Shown in pieces: positions 9,760 to 20,299 of a DNA stretch of 64,000 nucleotides. The notes under the pieces are model-generated. The model was not told the DNA's origin. It searched no databases and saw only the letters and a program-made list of their open reading frames with translations. The stretch spans positions 20,728-84,727 of the forward strand of contig JBAVEY010000149.1 of assembly GCA_049587975.1 (NCBI GenBank), given 5' to 3'. Both the position numbers and the translations under genes were made by a program. The first letter of the stretch is position 1. Each line of letters begins with the position of its first letter. This stretch comes from Actinomycetota bacterium (lineage in GTDB: Bacteria; Actinomycetota; UBA4738; HRBIN12).

Positions 9760-10532
9760 TCGGACCCTTCGAGGCGGGCGAGAAGATCCTGTTGGTGGAT
9801 CAGCGGGACCGCAGGTACCTGCTCACGCTCCAACACGGCGTGACCTGGCACTCGCACGGCGGTGGGCTGCCGCACGACCTGCTGATCGGGTCCGCCGAGG
9901 GCACCCTGGTGCACTCGGCGACCGGGATGGCCTTCCGGGCGTTCCGCCCGCGGATGGCCGACTTCGTGCTGAAGATGCCGCGGGGCGCGCAGGTCGTCTA
10001 CCCGAAGGACGTGGGCGCGATCCTGGTCGGTGCCGACGTCTTCCCCGGATCGCGGGTCCTGGAAGCGGGGACGGGTTCGGGCTCGCTGACGCTCGCCTTG
10101 TGCCGCGCGACCGGCCCCGAGGGCCGGGTCGTCTCCTATGACCTCCGACCCGAGTTCCAGGCCGGTGCCGCCCGGAACATCGAGTCGTTCTTCGGGAAGA
10201 TGCCCGACTGGCTCGAGCTCCGCGGCGGCGACGTCCGCGAGATCGCCGGGAGCGGCGAGATCTTCGACCGCGCGATCTTGGACCTGCCGGAGCCCTGGGC
10301 GATGCTCGAGCCGCTCGCGAGCGCCCTGCCCGCGGGAGCGATCGTGTGCGGGTACCTGCCCACGACCAACCAGGTGCAGGAGCTGGTACTCGCGTTGGGA
10401 CGCAACGGGTACGAGCATCTGGAGACCTTCGAGGTGCTGCACCGGTCCTGGCATGTGACGGCCCGGAGCGTCCGGCCGGATCAGCGCATGGTCGCGCACA
10501 CGGGGTTCATCACCTTGGCTCGTCGCATCTGA
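9756..10532 (+). CDS. trmI: tRNA (adenine58-N1)-methyltransferase TrmI
   Basis: The SAM-methyltransferase fold has the motifs VLEAGTGSGSLT and an ILDLPEPW-like region. Its position directly upstream of arc matches Rv2118c-like synteny. The start is GTGA-coupled to the upstream gene. Confidence 0.8.
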   Translation: MIGPFEAGEKILLVDQRDRRYLLTLQHGVTWHSHGGGLPHDLLIGSAEGTLVHSATGMAFRAFRPRMADFVLKMPRGAQVVYPKDVGAILVGADVFPGSRVLEAGTGSGSLTLALCRATGPEGRVVSYDLRPEFQAGAARNIESFFGKMPDWLELRGGDVREIAGSGEIFDRAILDLPEPWAMLEPLASALPAGAIVCGYLPTTNQVQELVLALGRNGYEHLETFEVLHRSWHVTARSVRPDQRMVAHTGFITLARRI

Positions 10533-10656
10533 CAGGCCTCAGGTAAGGCGTCCGAGCGGCCGACAACCGTATCCATAGGCCAGAAGACGTCCCCCGAACC
10601 TCACCGATCGAGGGCGGGGCCGGGGGTATGCTTCCGCACCGCGGGAGGTGAAGGAG

Positions 10657-12408
10657 ATGCCGGAGCCGGATCCACGCGAACAACAGGAACAGCACGAGAA
10701 GCAGGTCCACGAACTGCAGACGCAGGTCCGCTTCCTCGAGGACGAGGTCTCGCTGCTGCGACGCCGGCTCACGAACGCTCCCCGTCAGGTCAAGCTGCTC
10801 GAGGACAAGCTCCTCGAGGCTCGGTCGGATCTCTCCCGCGCGCTCGGCCAGAACGAGAAGCTCGCCGGCACCCTGCAGGCCGAGAAGGAGCGGATCGAAG
10901 GGCTGCGTGAGGAGGTCGAGAAGCTGAGCCAGCCCCCCGCGTCATTCGGCGTGTACCTGACGTCCAACGACGACGGCTCGGTGGACGTGTTCACGGCGGG
11001 GCGCAAGATGCGGGTCAACGTCTCGCCGGACGTGGAGGCCGACCGGCTGCATAAGGGCGCCGAGGTGATCCTGAACGAGGCCCTGAACGTCGTGGACGTG
11101 CTCACGCCCGATCGGGCCGGGGAGGTCGTGAAGGTCAAGGACCGGCTCGGCGACGATCGCGTGATCGTGGTCGGCCGTGGCGACGAGGAGCTCGTCGCCA
11201 CGCTCGGGACGTCGTTGTTGGGAGAGCAGATCCGCGCGGGGGACCCCCTCCTGATCGACCCCCGGTCCAACGTGGCGCTCGAGAAGCTGCCGAAGGAAGA
11301 GGTCGAGGAACTGGTTCTCGAAGAGGTCCCCGACGTCTCCTACGAGGACATCGGCGGACTCGAGGGCCAGATCGAGGCGATCCGTGACGCGGTGGAGCTG
11401 CCCTTCCTGTACGCGGAGCTCTTCCAGGAGCACCAGCTCGAGGCGCCGAAGGGCGTGCTGCTGTACGGGCCGCCGGGGTGCGGCAAGACCCTGATCGCCA
11501 AGGCCGTGGCGAAGTCGTTGGCCGACAAGGTGCGGGAGCGCACAGGACGCCAGGACGCGCACTCGTACTTCCTCAACATCAAGGGGCCCGAGCTGCTGAA
11601 CAAGTACGTGGGCGAGACCGAGCGCCAGATCCGTCAGATCTTCCAGCGGGCGAAGGAACGGAGCGAGGAGGGCCTGCCGGTCATCGTGTTCTTCGACGAG
11701 ATGGACTCGATCTTCCGGACCCGCGGCACGGGGATCTCGAGCGACGTGGAGTCGACGATCGTGCCCCAACTCCTGTCGGAGCTCGACGGGGTCGAGACCC
11801 TGAAGAACGTGATCGTGATCGGCGCGTCGAACCGCGAGGACCTGATCGATCCCGCGATCCTGCGCCCCGGGCGCCTCGACGTGAAGATCAAGATCGAGCG
11901 CCCCGACGCCGCCCAGGCGGGCGACATCATGGGGAAGTACCTCAACCCTTCCGTGCCGATCCACCCCGAGGACGTGGCCCGCGCCAACGGCGACCTGAAC
12001 ACCGCGACCAAGCGGATGATCCAATCCACGGTGGACCGGATGTACTCGGAGGCGGAGGACAACCGGTTCCTGGAGGTGACCTACGCGAGCGGCGACAAGG
12101 AGATCCTGTACTTCAAGGACTTCAACTCGGGCGCGATGATCGAGAACATCGTGCGCCGCGCGAAGAAGGAGGCGATCAAGCGCTTCCTGTCGACGGGCGA
12201 GAAGGGGATCAAGGCCGAGGACCTGACGCACGCGATCCGAGACGAGTTCAAGGAGAACGAGGATCTGCCGAACACGACGAACCCCGATGACTGGGCGCGG
12301 ATCTCGGGTAAGAAGGGCGAGCGGATCGTGTACGTCCGGACCCTCCTCGGCGACGGGGACGGCGAGGGCAGGCAGGTCGAGCGGGTCAGCGCCGGCCAGT
12401 ACCTGTAA
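10657..12408 (+). CDS. arc: Proteasome-associated AAA+ ATPase ARC/Mpa
   Basis: There is an N-terminal coiled coil, Walker A GPPGCGKT, Walker [11 protein letters not shown] and the C-terminal docking motif GQYL. An alternative GTG start lies at 10648. Confidence 0.9.
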   Translation: MPEPDPREQQEQHEKQVHELQTQVRFLEDEVSLLRRRLTNAPRQVKLLEDKLLEARSDLSRALGQNEKLAGTLQAEKERIEGLREEVEKLSQPPASFGVYLTSNDDGSVDVFTAGRKMRVNVSPDVEADRLHKGAEVILNEALNVVDVLTPDRAGEVVKVKDRLGDDRVIVVGRGDEELVATLGTSLLGEQIRAGDPLLIDPRSNVALEKLPKEEVEELVLEEVPDVSYEDIGGLEGQIEAIRDAVELPFLYAELFQEHQLEAPKGVLLYGPPGCGKTLIAKAVAKSLADKVRERTGRQDAHSYFLNIKGPELLNKYVGETERQIRQIFQRAKERSEEGLPVIVFFDEMDSIFRTRGTGISSDVESTIVPQLLSELDGVETLKNVIVIGASNREDLIDPAILRPGRLDVKIKIERPDAAQAGDIMGKYLNPSVPIHPEDVARANGDLNTATKRMIQSTVDRMYSEAEDNRFLEVTYASGDKEILYFKDFNSGAMIENIVRRAKKEAIKRFLSTGEKGIKAEDLTHAIRDEFKENEDLPNTTNPDDWARISGKKGERIVYVRTLLGDGDGEGRQVERVSAGQYL

Positions 12409-12417
12409 GGTCCCGAG

Positions 12418-13902
12418 ATGGCCATCGCGAAGGTCATCGGTACCGAGACCGAGTACGGCATCTCCGCGGTGGCGTCGCCCGAGTTCAATCCGGTCATCTC
12501 GTCGTCGTTGCTGATCAGCACCTACGCGGGGGCGCTGCGTCGGATCCGGTGGGACTACGAGCAGGAGTCTCCGCTCCGCGACGCGCGAGGCTTCGAGCCG
12601 GTCCAGCTCCGGGAACCGTCGGAAGAGGACCTCGGGCTGGCGAACGTGATCTTGCCGAACGGCGCGCGGTACTACGTCGACCACGCCCATCCCGAGTACT
12701 CCACCCCCGAGTGCGCGACCCCGCGGGCCCTCGTGATCCACGACAAGGCCGGCGAGCGTGTGCTCGAGCGGTCGCTCGAGGAGGTCCACCGGACGATGCC
12801 GGGCGGTCCTCGGCTCGCCGTCTACAAGAACAACAGCGACGGCAAGGGCAACTCCTACGGGACGCACGAGAACTACCTCGTCGACCGCCGGGTGCCCTTC
12901 GGGAGCCTCGTCTCCGGGCTCACCCCGTTCTTCGTGAGCCGCCAGATCTTCTGCGGCGCCGGCAAGCTCGGGGGAGAGGCGGCGTGGGACGAGCGCTCGC
13001 GCGACCGCTACCAGCTCACGCAGCGCGCCGACTTCTTCGAGGCCGAGGTTGGCTTGGAGACGACGCTCAAGCGCCCGATCATCAACACCCGCGACGAGCC
13101 GCACGCCGACCCCGAGAAGTACCGGCGGCTGCACGTGATCATCGGCGACGCGAACCTGTGCGAGGTCGCGACGCTGTTGAAGCTCGGGACGACCTCGCTG
13201 GTCCTCAAGCTGATCGAGGACGACGACGTCCCCGATCTGACCCTCGCGTCGCCGGTGCCGTCCCTGCACGACGTGTCGCGCGATCTCACCTGCACCGGGC
13301 TCATCCGTCTCGCGGACGGCCGGAAGCTCACGGCGGTGCAGATGCAGTGGGAGTACCTCGAGCGGGCGAGGAAGTACGTCGAACAGGAGGACACCACCGC
13401 CGACAACCTCGAGGTGCTCGAGCGCTGGGAGGCCGTCCTGACGGCGCTCGAGGACGACCCGATGCAGCTGTCGCGTGAGCTCGACTGGGTCGCGAAGTAC
13501 CGGCTGCTCGACGGCTATCGCGAACGTGACGGCCTGGACTGGTCCGATGCCAGGTTGCGGCTGATCGACCTCCAGTACCACGACGTCCGTCGCGACAAGG
13601 GCCTCTACCACCGGCTCGTCGCCACCGGGCAGGTGGAGCGGCTCGTCTCCGACGAGGACGTGGAGCGAGCGATCATGGAGCCACCGGAGGATACGCGCGC
13701 CTATTTCCGAGGGCGCTGCATCGCCCGGTACCCCGACTCGATCGCCGCCGCGTCGTGGGACTCGATCATCTTCGACACCGGCGCGGACGCGCTCCAGCGC
13801 GTGCCGATGCGCGAACCCCTCCGAGGGACCAAGGAGCACGTCGACGGGGTCCTGGCGCGGGCCGGCGACGCGGGCGAGCTCGTCGAGCTGCTCCGGTCGT
13901 AG
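12418..13902 (+). CDS. dop: Pup deamidase/depupylase Dop
   Basis: This is a PafA/Dop-family protein (GTETEYG at the N-terminus) located between arc and pup. Confidence 0.9.
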   Translation: MAIAKVIGTETEYGISAVASPEFNPVISSSLLISTYAGALRRIRWDYEQESPLRDARGFEPVQLREPSEEDLGLANVILPNGARYYVDHAHPEYSTPECATPRALVIHDKAGERVLERSLEEVHRTMPGGPRLAVYKNNSDGKGNSYGTHENYLVDRRVPFGSLVSGLTPFFVSRQIFCGAGKLGGEAAWDERSRDRYQLTQRADFFEAEVGLETTLKRPIINTRDEPHADPEKYRRLHVIIGDANLCEVATLLKLGTTSLVLKLIEDDDVPDLTLASPVPSLHDVSRDLTCTGLIRLADGRKLTAVQMQWEYLERARKYVEQEDTTADNLEVLERWEAVLTALEDDPMQLSRELDWVAKYRLLDGYRERDGLDWSDARLRLIDLQYHDVRRDKGLYHRLVATGQVERLVSDEDVERAIMEPPEDTRAYFRGRCIARYPDSIAAASWDSIIFDTGADALQRVPMREPLRGTKEHVDGVLARAGDAGELVELLRS

Positions 13903-14025
13903 CGTTCGGCGCGGGTAGAATCGCGGGACCTGGCGGCGCCGGATCGAGCGCGGCGGTGAGCGTGCCGGTCGTAGGTGGAGTCGGACGTGCCAGGCGGACG
14001 TGCCGGGCGGACGTAAGGAGCGGCC

Positions 14026-14226
14026 GTGCCTCAGGAGCAGGAGCAGAAGAAGACCCAGAAGCGATCCGGCGGCGGCTCGGATGACGAGGCCGGCCAGGTC
14101 TCCTCGGCCGCCAAGGGCGAGAAGCTGAAGGAGGAGATGGACGACATCCTCGACGAGATCGACTCCGTCCTGGAGGAGAACGCCGAGGAATTCGTCAAGT
14201 CGTACGTCCAGAAGGGCGGCGAATGA
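14026..14226 (+). CDS. pup: Prokaryotic ubiquitin-like protein Pup (PupE variant, C-terminal GGE)
   Basis: 66 aa, intrinsically disordered and acidic, with a C-terminal ...[13 protein letters not shown]. The stop codon overlaps the prcB start (ATGA). Confidence 0.9.
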   Translation: MPQEQEQKKTQKRSGGGSDDEAGQVSSAAKGEKLKEEMDDILDEIDSVLEENAEEFVKSYVQKGGE

Positions 14227-15029
14227 CCGCGGGTCCACCGTCCCCGCCCGAAGCCTCGGGCGGACCGATCGGCGCGAACCCGAGCTTCTTCGATCTCGTG
14301 CGGACGAGTCGTCCCGAGACCCTGCCGTCGGCGCCCGGAACCTCCGACGTCGTGGCGCCGCACGGGACGACCGTGGTCGCGCTCAAGTTCGCCTCGGGTG
14401 TCGTGTTCGGAGGCGACCGGCGCGCCACGGAGGGCTTCTCGATCGCCGACGAGAAGATGGAGAAGGTCTTCGCGGCGGACGACTTCTCCGTGATCGCGAT
14501 CGCCGGCGCCGCGGGCCAGGCCATCGAGATCGTCAAGCTGTTCCAGCTCGAGCTCGAGCACTACGAGAAGATCACGGGGGACCGCCTGTCGCTGGAAGGC
14601 AAGGCGAACCGGCTCGCGCAGATGATCCGAGGGAACCTGCCGATGGCGATCCAGGGCCTGGTCGTGGTCCCGCTGTTCGGCGGCTTCGACGAGCGCCGCG
14701 CGGAGGGCCGGATCTTCTACTACGACGCCACCGGCGGTCGGTGGGAGGAGGATGACTTCCACGCGACCGGGTCGGGCGGGCGTCCCGCCAAGAGCTCCTT
14801 GAAGAAGCGCTGGCGTGCGGGTCTGGATCGCGCCGAGGCCCTGCAGGTCGCCGTCGAGGCGCTGGTGGACGCGTCGCAGGAGGATGCCGCGACCGGGGGC
14901 CCCGACCCGACACGCGGGATCTTCCCGACCGTGGTCGCGGTGACATCCGGGGGAGCGGAGACGGTCGGGGACGACGAGCTGCGGACTGCGTACGACGGCG
15001 TCGTCGCACGCGGTGGTGGATCCGCATGA
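14223..15029 (+). CDS. prcB: 20S proteasome beta subunit PrcB
   Basis: The propeptide is followed by the HG|TTVVAL active-site Thr1 context. Confidence 0.9.
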   Translation: MTAGPPSPPEASGGPIGANPSFFDLVRTSRPETLPSAPGTSDVVAPHGTTVVALKFASGVVFGGDRRATEGFSIADEKMEKVFAADDFSVIAIAGAAGQAIEIVKLFQLELEHYEKITGDRLSLEGKANRLAQMIRGNLPMAIQGLVVVPLFGGFDERRAEGRIFYYDATGGRWEEDDFHATGSGGRPAKSSLKKRWRAGLDRAEALQVAVEALVDASQEDAATGGPDPTRGIFPTVVAVTSGGAETVGDDELRTAYDGVVARGGGSA

Positions 15030-15712
15030 GCTTCATGCCCTACGTGCCGCCCGAGCAGCTGATGAAGGATCGGTCCGACTTCGCGCACAAGGGGATCGCG
15101 CGAGGGAAGTCGGTCGTCGGCCTCGAGTACGCGGGCGGCGTCCTGTTCATCGCGGAGAACCCGAGTGCCACGCTGCACAAGATCAGCGAGATCTACGACC
15201 GGATCGCGTTCGCCGGCGTCGGCAAGTACAGTGAGTTCGAGGACCTGCGCATCAGCGGGGTGCGCCATGCCGACCTGCGGGGCTACTCGTACGGGCGAGA
15301 CGACGTGCGCGCCCGGGATCTCGCGAACGCCTACTCGCAGGCCCTGTCGACGATCTTCACCCAGCAGATGAAGCCGTACGAGGTCGAGATCTTGGTGGGC
15401 GAGGTGGGCGAGGGATCCGGGGGCAACGAAATCTACCACGTCTTGTTCGACGGGACGGTGACCGACGAGCACGAGCACGTCGCGATCGGCGGCCACGCGG
15501 AGGAGCTTTCGAGCGCGGTGCAGGCGGCGTTCGAGCCCGGCTGGGACCTGTCGACGGCGGTCCGGGAGGCCGTGAGGGCCCTGTCGACCGCCGAGGGCCG
15601 TGAGATCGTGGCCGAGCAGGTGGAGGCGGGGGTCCTCGACCGGGCGCGTGCGCAGCGCCGGAAGTTCCGCCGCCTGTCCGAGGACGAGGTGGCGCAGATC
15701 CTCGCCGGCTGA
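15026..15712 (+). CDS. prcA: 20S proteasome alpha subunit PrcA
   Basis: Alpha-subunit family protein immediately downstream of prcB, with an ATGA overlap. Confidence 0.9.
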   Translation: MSFMPYVPPEQLMKDRSDFAHKGIARGKSVVGLEYAGGVLFIAENPSATLHKISEIYDRIAFAGVGKYSEFEDLRISGVRHADLRGYSYGRDDVRARDLANAYSQALSTIFTQQMKPYEVEILVGEVGEGSGGNEIYHVLFDGTVTDEHEHVAIGGHAEELSSAVQAAFEPGWDLSTAVREAVRALSTAEGREIVAEQVEAGVLDRARAQRRKFRRLSEDEVAQILAG

Positions 15713-15752
15713 GGCTCCACCCCTTCGTGGGGGTGGGGCCTAGACTCGATGC

Positions 15753-17111
15753 GTGGAGCGACGCATCTTCGGGCTCGAGAACGAGTACGGCGTCACCTGC
15801 ACCTTCCGCGGGCAACGACGCCTGTCCCCCGACGAGGTGGCCCGGTACCTGTTCCGCCGGGTCGTGCACTGGGGTCGGTCCTCGAACGTGTTCCTCGAGA
15901 ACGGCGCCCGCCTCTACCTGGACGTGGGTTCACACCCCGAATACGCGACGCCCGAGTGCGATCGGATCTCGGACCTCGTCGCCCACGACAAGGCGGGGGA
16001 GCGGATCCTCGAGGCCCTCCTGGCGGCCGCTGAGGTCCGCCTCCACGAGGAAGGCATCAGCGGCCAGGTCTACCTGTTCAAGAACAACACCGACTCGGCG
16101 GGCAATTCGTACGGCTGCCACGAGAACTACCTGGTGGCTCGGCAGGGCGAGTTCGCGCGGATGGCCGACCTGCTGATCCCGTACTTCGTCACCAGGCAGA
16201 TCTGGTGCGGTGCCGGCAAGGTCCTGCACGGTCCTCGGGGAGCGGTGTTCTGCATCGCGCAGCGGGCCGAGCACATCTGGGAGGGCGTATCGTCCGCTAC
16301 GACCCGCTCGCGGCCGATCATCAACACGCGCGACGAACCGCACGCCGACGCCGAGCGCTTCCGCCGTCTGCACGTGATCGTCGGGGACTCGAACATGTCG
16401 GAGTTCAGCTCGTGGATGAAGGTCGGGATCACCGATCTCGTTCTTCGGATGGTCGAGGCCAACACGGTGATGCGCGACCTCACGCTCGAGAACCCCATCC
16501 GGGCGATCCGGGAGATCAGCCACGACGTCACGTGCCGCAAGAAGGTGCGTCTCGCGAACGGTCGCGAGCTCTCCGCGATCGAGGTCCAGGAGGAGTACTA
16601 CGAGCGCACCGAACGCTTCCTCGAACGTCGGGGCCCGGACCCGCAGGCCAAGCAGCTCCTGCAGGAGTGGCGCGAGGCCCTCGACGCGCTGCTCCTCCAG
16701 GAGCCGCACCGGCTCCTCCGCAAGGTCGACTGGGTAGCCAAGCAACAGCTGATCGAGACCTACCGCGAGCGCCATCAGCTCCCACTGTCGCACCCGCGAG
16801 TCGCCCTGCTCGATCTCGCGTACCACGACGTCAACCGCACCCGCGGCCTCTACTACGTGCTCGAACGCGCGGGCAAGATGGAGCGGACCGTGGCGGAGAA
16901 GGAGATCCAGCGCGCGATGCGTGAACCTCCGCAGACGACGCGGGCGAAGCTCCGCGGGGACTTCATCCGTCACGCGAAGCAGAAACGCCGTGACTACACG
17001 GTCGACTGGGTGCACCTGAAGCTCAACGACCAGGCGCAGCGCACGGTGCTGTGCAAGGACCCGTTCCGCAGCGTGGACGAGCGCGTCGAGCAGCTGATCG
17101 CCCACATGTAG
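15753..17111 (+). CDS. pafA: Pup--protein ligase PafA
   Basis: PafA/Dop family ([16 protein letters not shown]); paralogous to dop. Confidence 0.9.
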   Translation: MERRIFGLENEYGVTCTFRGQRRLSPDEVARYLFRRVVHWGRSSNVFLENGARLYLDVGSHPEYATPECDRISDLVAHDKAGERILEALLAAAEVRLHEEGISGQVYLFKNNTDSAGNSYGCHENYLVARQGEFARMADLLIPYFVTRQIWCGAGKVLHGPRGAVFCIAQRAEHIWEGVSSATTRSRPIINTRDEPHADAERFRRLHVIVGDSNMSEFSSWMKVGITDLVLRMVEANTVMRDLTLENPIRAIREISHDVTCRKKVRLANGRELSAIEVQEEYYERTERFLERRGPDPQAKQLLQEWREALDALLLQEPHRLLRKVDWVAKQQLIETYRERHQLPLSHPRVALLDLAYHDVNRTRGLYYVLERAGKMERTVAEKEIQRAMREPPQTTRAKLRGDFIRHAKQKRRDYTVDWVHLKLNDQAQRTVLCKDPFRSVDERVEQLIAHM

Positions 17112-17191
17112 GTGGCGTGGTCCGACGGCCGAGCGCGCGAACCTGGCCGACCTGTCCGCGTTCGTCGACGCGCCGGTCCGCTAGGCGAGGT

Positions 17192-18310
17192 TCAGCCGGC
17201 GCCCCGTCGCCAGCGAGCCGATCCGGCGGCCATCCTGCCCGCCAGGACGCCCGCGGCACCCGCGGCCAGGAAGAACACCGGGTCGTCCGACGTCGTCCGA
17301 CCCATCGACACGACGTCGACGCCCGCGCGGTCGAGCTCGTCGAGGGCGGGCCGGCCATCCGCCTCGACGAGTTGATGCCGGTCCTCGAGCCGGCGTCCCC
17401 TGAGCGCGCCCCACACGAGGTCGCGTTCGGGTCCCTCGAGGATCGGGACGGCGACGTTGGCCGCCACCGTGCACACGCGATCCAAGATGGTCAGCGAGTG
17501 GTGGGACACGCCGCGGTGCCGCTCCCGGCCGTCGGCGAAGGAGATCCTGAGCGCCGCAACGGGACGGCCCCCCAGGGTGGTGGCCGCGTTCAGGGCGTGG
17601 CCGCTGGTGAGCGCGCTCACGCCCCAGGTGGTGTCGGTGCCGAGGTTCCCGGGGCCATCGGCCACGATGACGACGTCCGCGCCCACCAGCTCGACCGCGG
17701 CCAGCAGACCCGTCCAGATCGTGACGGCCTCCAGGTTCCCCCCGAAGGCCTGTCCACACGTGATGAAGCCGTCGAGCAGCTCGGCCGCCCGAAGACGCGG
17801 CACCAGGTTCGAGAGCCGCCCGGCCAGGGCGGCGCCGTCGGTCATCACGTACGCGATCGTCGCGGCGCCGGCCGCGCGCGCGCCCGCGGCGATCGGCCCG
17901 ACCATCGAATGCAGTGGCGCGCAGACGACCGGTGCCCCTCGCAGGCCCGTCGACCCCTCGATCGTCTCCCGATCGGACTCCTCGACGCTCTCGACGGCGG
18001 TCTGCAGGGGCGTGTAACGAGCCTTCATGATGCGTCCGGGATGGCTCGGGTCGACGGGAGCCTGGTCCCGCACGGCGACGACCAGGTGGAACCCGCCCGT
18101 CCCAAGGTCGAGGGCGACCCCGGTCGTGTTCAGCAGGACGCGGTCACCGGGTCCGACGGGCCCGGTGAGGTCGGTGAAGGCGACCGCCGGGGAGGTATCG
18201 GCCCGGTCGTCGTCCACGTCCACGTCGAGTTCGAGGACGCCCGGACGCTCGGACCGCACGCCCCGGACGGTGGCGTGACGCAGGCGCACCCCCGAACGGC
18301 CCGGCGACAT
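17192..18310 (-). CDS. Conserved hypothetical protein, convergent to pafA
   Basis: 372-aa ORF on the strand opposite pafA and pafB. It has no recognisable catalytic motifs and is Gly/Ala-rich. Confidence 0.45.
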   Translation of the reverse strand: MSPGRSGVRLRHATVRGVRSERPGVLELDVDVDDDRADTSPAVAFTDLTGPVGPGDRVLLNTTGVALDLGTGGFHLVVAVRDQAPVDPSHPGRIMKARYTPLQTAVESVEESDRETIEGSTGLRGAPVVCAPLHSMVGPIAAGARAAGAATIAYVMTDGAALAGRLSNLVPRLRAAELLDGFITCGQAFGGNLEAVTIWTGLLAAVELVGADVVIVADGPGNLGTDTTWGVSALTSGHALNAATTLGGRPVAALRISFADGRERHRGVSHHSLTILDRVCTVAANVAVPILEGPERDLVWGALRGRRLEDRHQLVEADGRPALDELDRAGVDVVSMGRTTSDDPVFFLAAGAAGVLAGRMAAGSARWRRGAG

Positions 18311-18333
18311 GGCGGAAGTATGATGCCGCCGCC

Positions 18334-19275
18334 ATGCACCCGCTCGAACGCCTGGTGAACCTGGTCGCCCTGCTGCTCGAGTCGCGGACGCCGCTCACCT
18401 TCGACCAGATCCGCGGCAAGCTCGCCGAGGGGTACGGCCACGAGGACGCCTCCTCGGCCAAGCGCATGTTCGAGCGGGACAAGGACGTGCTCCGGGACAT
18501 CGGGGTCCCGATCGAGGTGGTCGCGACCGACGCGTGGGACGTGGAGCACGGCTACGCGATCGACAAGCAGCGCTACTACCTGCCCGACATCGCGTTCGCC
18601 CCGGAAGAGCTCTCGGCCTTGTTCATCGCGGTCCGCTCGGCCGGCGACATCTCCGCCGAGGACGCCGTCCGCAAGCTGCTGTCCGGGGCCGATCGGGGGA
18701 TCCTCGCCGGTCTCGGACCTCCGGCGCTCGGCGGGGAGACCGACCCCAACCTCTCGAGGGCGGCGGAGGCCGTCGCCGGCAGCGGCCGCGTCCGTTTCTC
18801 CTACCGGACCTCGCGCGGGGAGCGCTCGGACCGCACCGTCGACGCCTTCGGCCTCGCCGTCCGGGGCGGCCACTGGTACCTCGTCGGCATGGATCGCGAC
18901 CGTGGGGAGATCCGGTCGTTCCGCCTGTCCCGGGTCTCCGGCGACGTCGAGATCGTGGGGGAGGGGACCGAGCCGCCGCCGGGGTTCCGCGCCGCCGACC
19001 ACGTTCAGGCCGGACCGTGGGGGCCGGGCGAGGCCGAGACCACCGCCACGATCGCGTTCGCTCCCGACGTCGCCTGGTGGGCAACCAACGGCGTCGCGGG
19101 CGCCGAGACCGTGCGGACGCGAGGCGACGGTTGGGTCGAGGCGCGCGTGCCGTGGTCGCCGGGAGAGCAGCTCGTCTCGTGGGTCCTGTCGTTCGGGCCG
19201 GACGCCGAGGTCGTGGAGCCGCAGGAGCTGCGCCAGGAGATCGTCGGCCGGCTCGAGGGGCTCCTTGCCTCCTGA
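18334..19275 (+). CDS. pafB: WYL-domain transcriptional regulator PafB
   Basis: N-terminal HTH (LERLVNLVALLLESRTPLTFDQI), then WYL and WCX regions. It lies immediately downstream of pafA, as in the pafABC operon. Confidence 0.8.
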   Translation: MHPLERLVNLVALLLESRTPLTFDQIRGKLAEGYGHEDASSAKRMFERDKDVLRDIGVPIEVVATDAWDVEHGYAIDKQRYYLPDIAFAPEELSALFIAVRSAGDISAEDAVRKLLSGADRGILAGLGPPALGGETDPNLSRAAEAVAGSGRVRFSYRTSRGERSDRTVDAFGLAVRGGHWYLVGMDRDRGEIRSFRLSRVSGDVEIVGEGTEPPPGFRAADHVQAGPWGPGEAETTATIAFAPDVAWWATNGVAGAETVRTRGDGWVEARVPWSPGEQLVSWVLSFGPDAEVVEPQELRQEIVGRLEGLLAS

Positions 19276-19348
19276 GGCCTCCGGGCGTGCGGGTCCCCCT
19301 CGGAAGGCCCCAGAGAAGGCCTCCGAGCGCCTTCGCCGGCTCCTGACG

Positions 19349-20257
19349 GTGGTTCCGTACCTGGTGCGGAACCAGGGGACCGGGGTGAGCGACGCCGCGG
19401 CCTTGTTCGGGATGTCCGAGCCCGAGCTCCTGGCCGATCTCGACCTCCTGTTCGTGTCCGGACTGCCGCCCTACGGCCCCGGCGACCTGATCGACGTCGA
19501 CATCCAGGATGGCCGCGTCTGGATCGGCATGGCCGACTACTTCGGGCGGCCGCTCCGCCTCACCCGGAGCGAGGCGCTGGCGATCTACCTCCGGGGCACC
19601 GCGCTCGCCGGGGCGCCCGGCTTCGAGGAAGCCCCCGCGTTGTCCTCGGCCCTCGCCAAGCTGGCGCAGGCGCTCGGCCCCGAGGCCCTCGGCGAACTAC
19701 CCGAGCGCGTCGGCGCGATCGGGGACGAACGGACCTCCGATACGCTCGGCGAGCTGCGCCGCGCCGCGGCCGAACGGGAACGGCTTCGCGTCGAGTACTA
19801 CGCCGCGTCAGGGGCCGAGACCACCCAGCGGGAGATCGACCCCGAGGAGATCTTCTTCGCGATCGGTAACTGGTACATCGCGGCGTGGGACCACCGCTCG
19901 GACTCCGAGCGGCTGTTCCGGGCCGACCGGATCCGTGCCACCACCCGAACCGGGAAGCGGTTCGAGCCACGGGGCCTGCAGGGCGCCGGCCGACCCCTGT
20001 ACGCGCCCGGGCAGGACGACGTCCGGGTGATCCTCCGGCTCGGGCCGGAAGCACGGTGGGTTGCCGAGTACTACGAGACCGTCCGGGAGGCCGAGCTCGA
20101 CGACGGACGCCTCGAGGTCGAGCTCCCGGCCGGCCGGCTCGAATGGCTCGAGCGCCTGCTGCTGCGCCTGTGGCCCGATGCCGAGGTCGTGGCTCCCCCT
20201 GAGCTGAACGGTCGGGTCCGCGAGCTCGCGGGGCGGACGCGGGCACGGTACGCGTAA
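19349..20257 (+). CDS. pafC: WYL-domain transcriptional regulator PafC
   Basis: Paralog of pafB (HTH LRRLLTVVPYL..., WYL region). The first in-frame canonical start after the pafB stop is GTG at 19349. The HTH appears to begin upstream, so the true start may be non-canonical or may overlap pafB. Confidence 0.65.
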   Translation: MVPYLVRNQGTGVSDAAALFGMSEPELLADLDLLFVSGLPPYGPGDLIDVDIQDGRVWIGMADYFGRPLRLTRSEALAIYLRGTALAGAPGFEEAPALSSALAKLAQALGPEALGELPERVGAIGDERTSDTLGELRRAAAERERLRVEYYAASGAETTQREIDPEEIFFAIGNWYIAAWDHRSDSERLFRADRIRATTRTGKRFEPRGLQGAGRPLYAPGQDDVRVILRLGPEARWVAEYYETVREAELDDGRLEVELPAGRLEWLERLLLRLWPDAEVVAPPELNGRVRELAGRTRARYA

Positions 20258-20299
20258 AGGGTCGCGGCCTGGCGCTCGGGACTCAAGCGTCGAGCGTCC

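Noticed and set aside
10942-14238. 1098-aa minus-strand ORF spanning arc, dop and pup, and similar giant antisense or alternate-frame ORFs (e.g. 386..2245 -, 23058..25190 -, 36107..38413 -, 59812..61308 +)
   Set aside because: These are artefacts of 70% GC content, where stop codons are rare in antisense frames. The translations are Arg/Pro/Gly/Asp-rich and low-complexity, and each fully overlaps a CDS with clear family motifs on the other strand.
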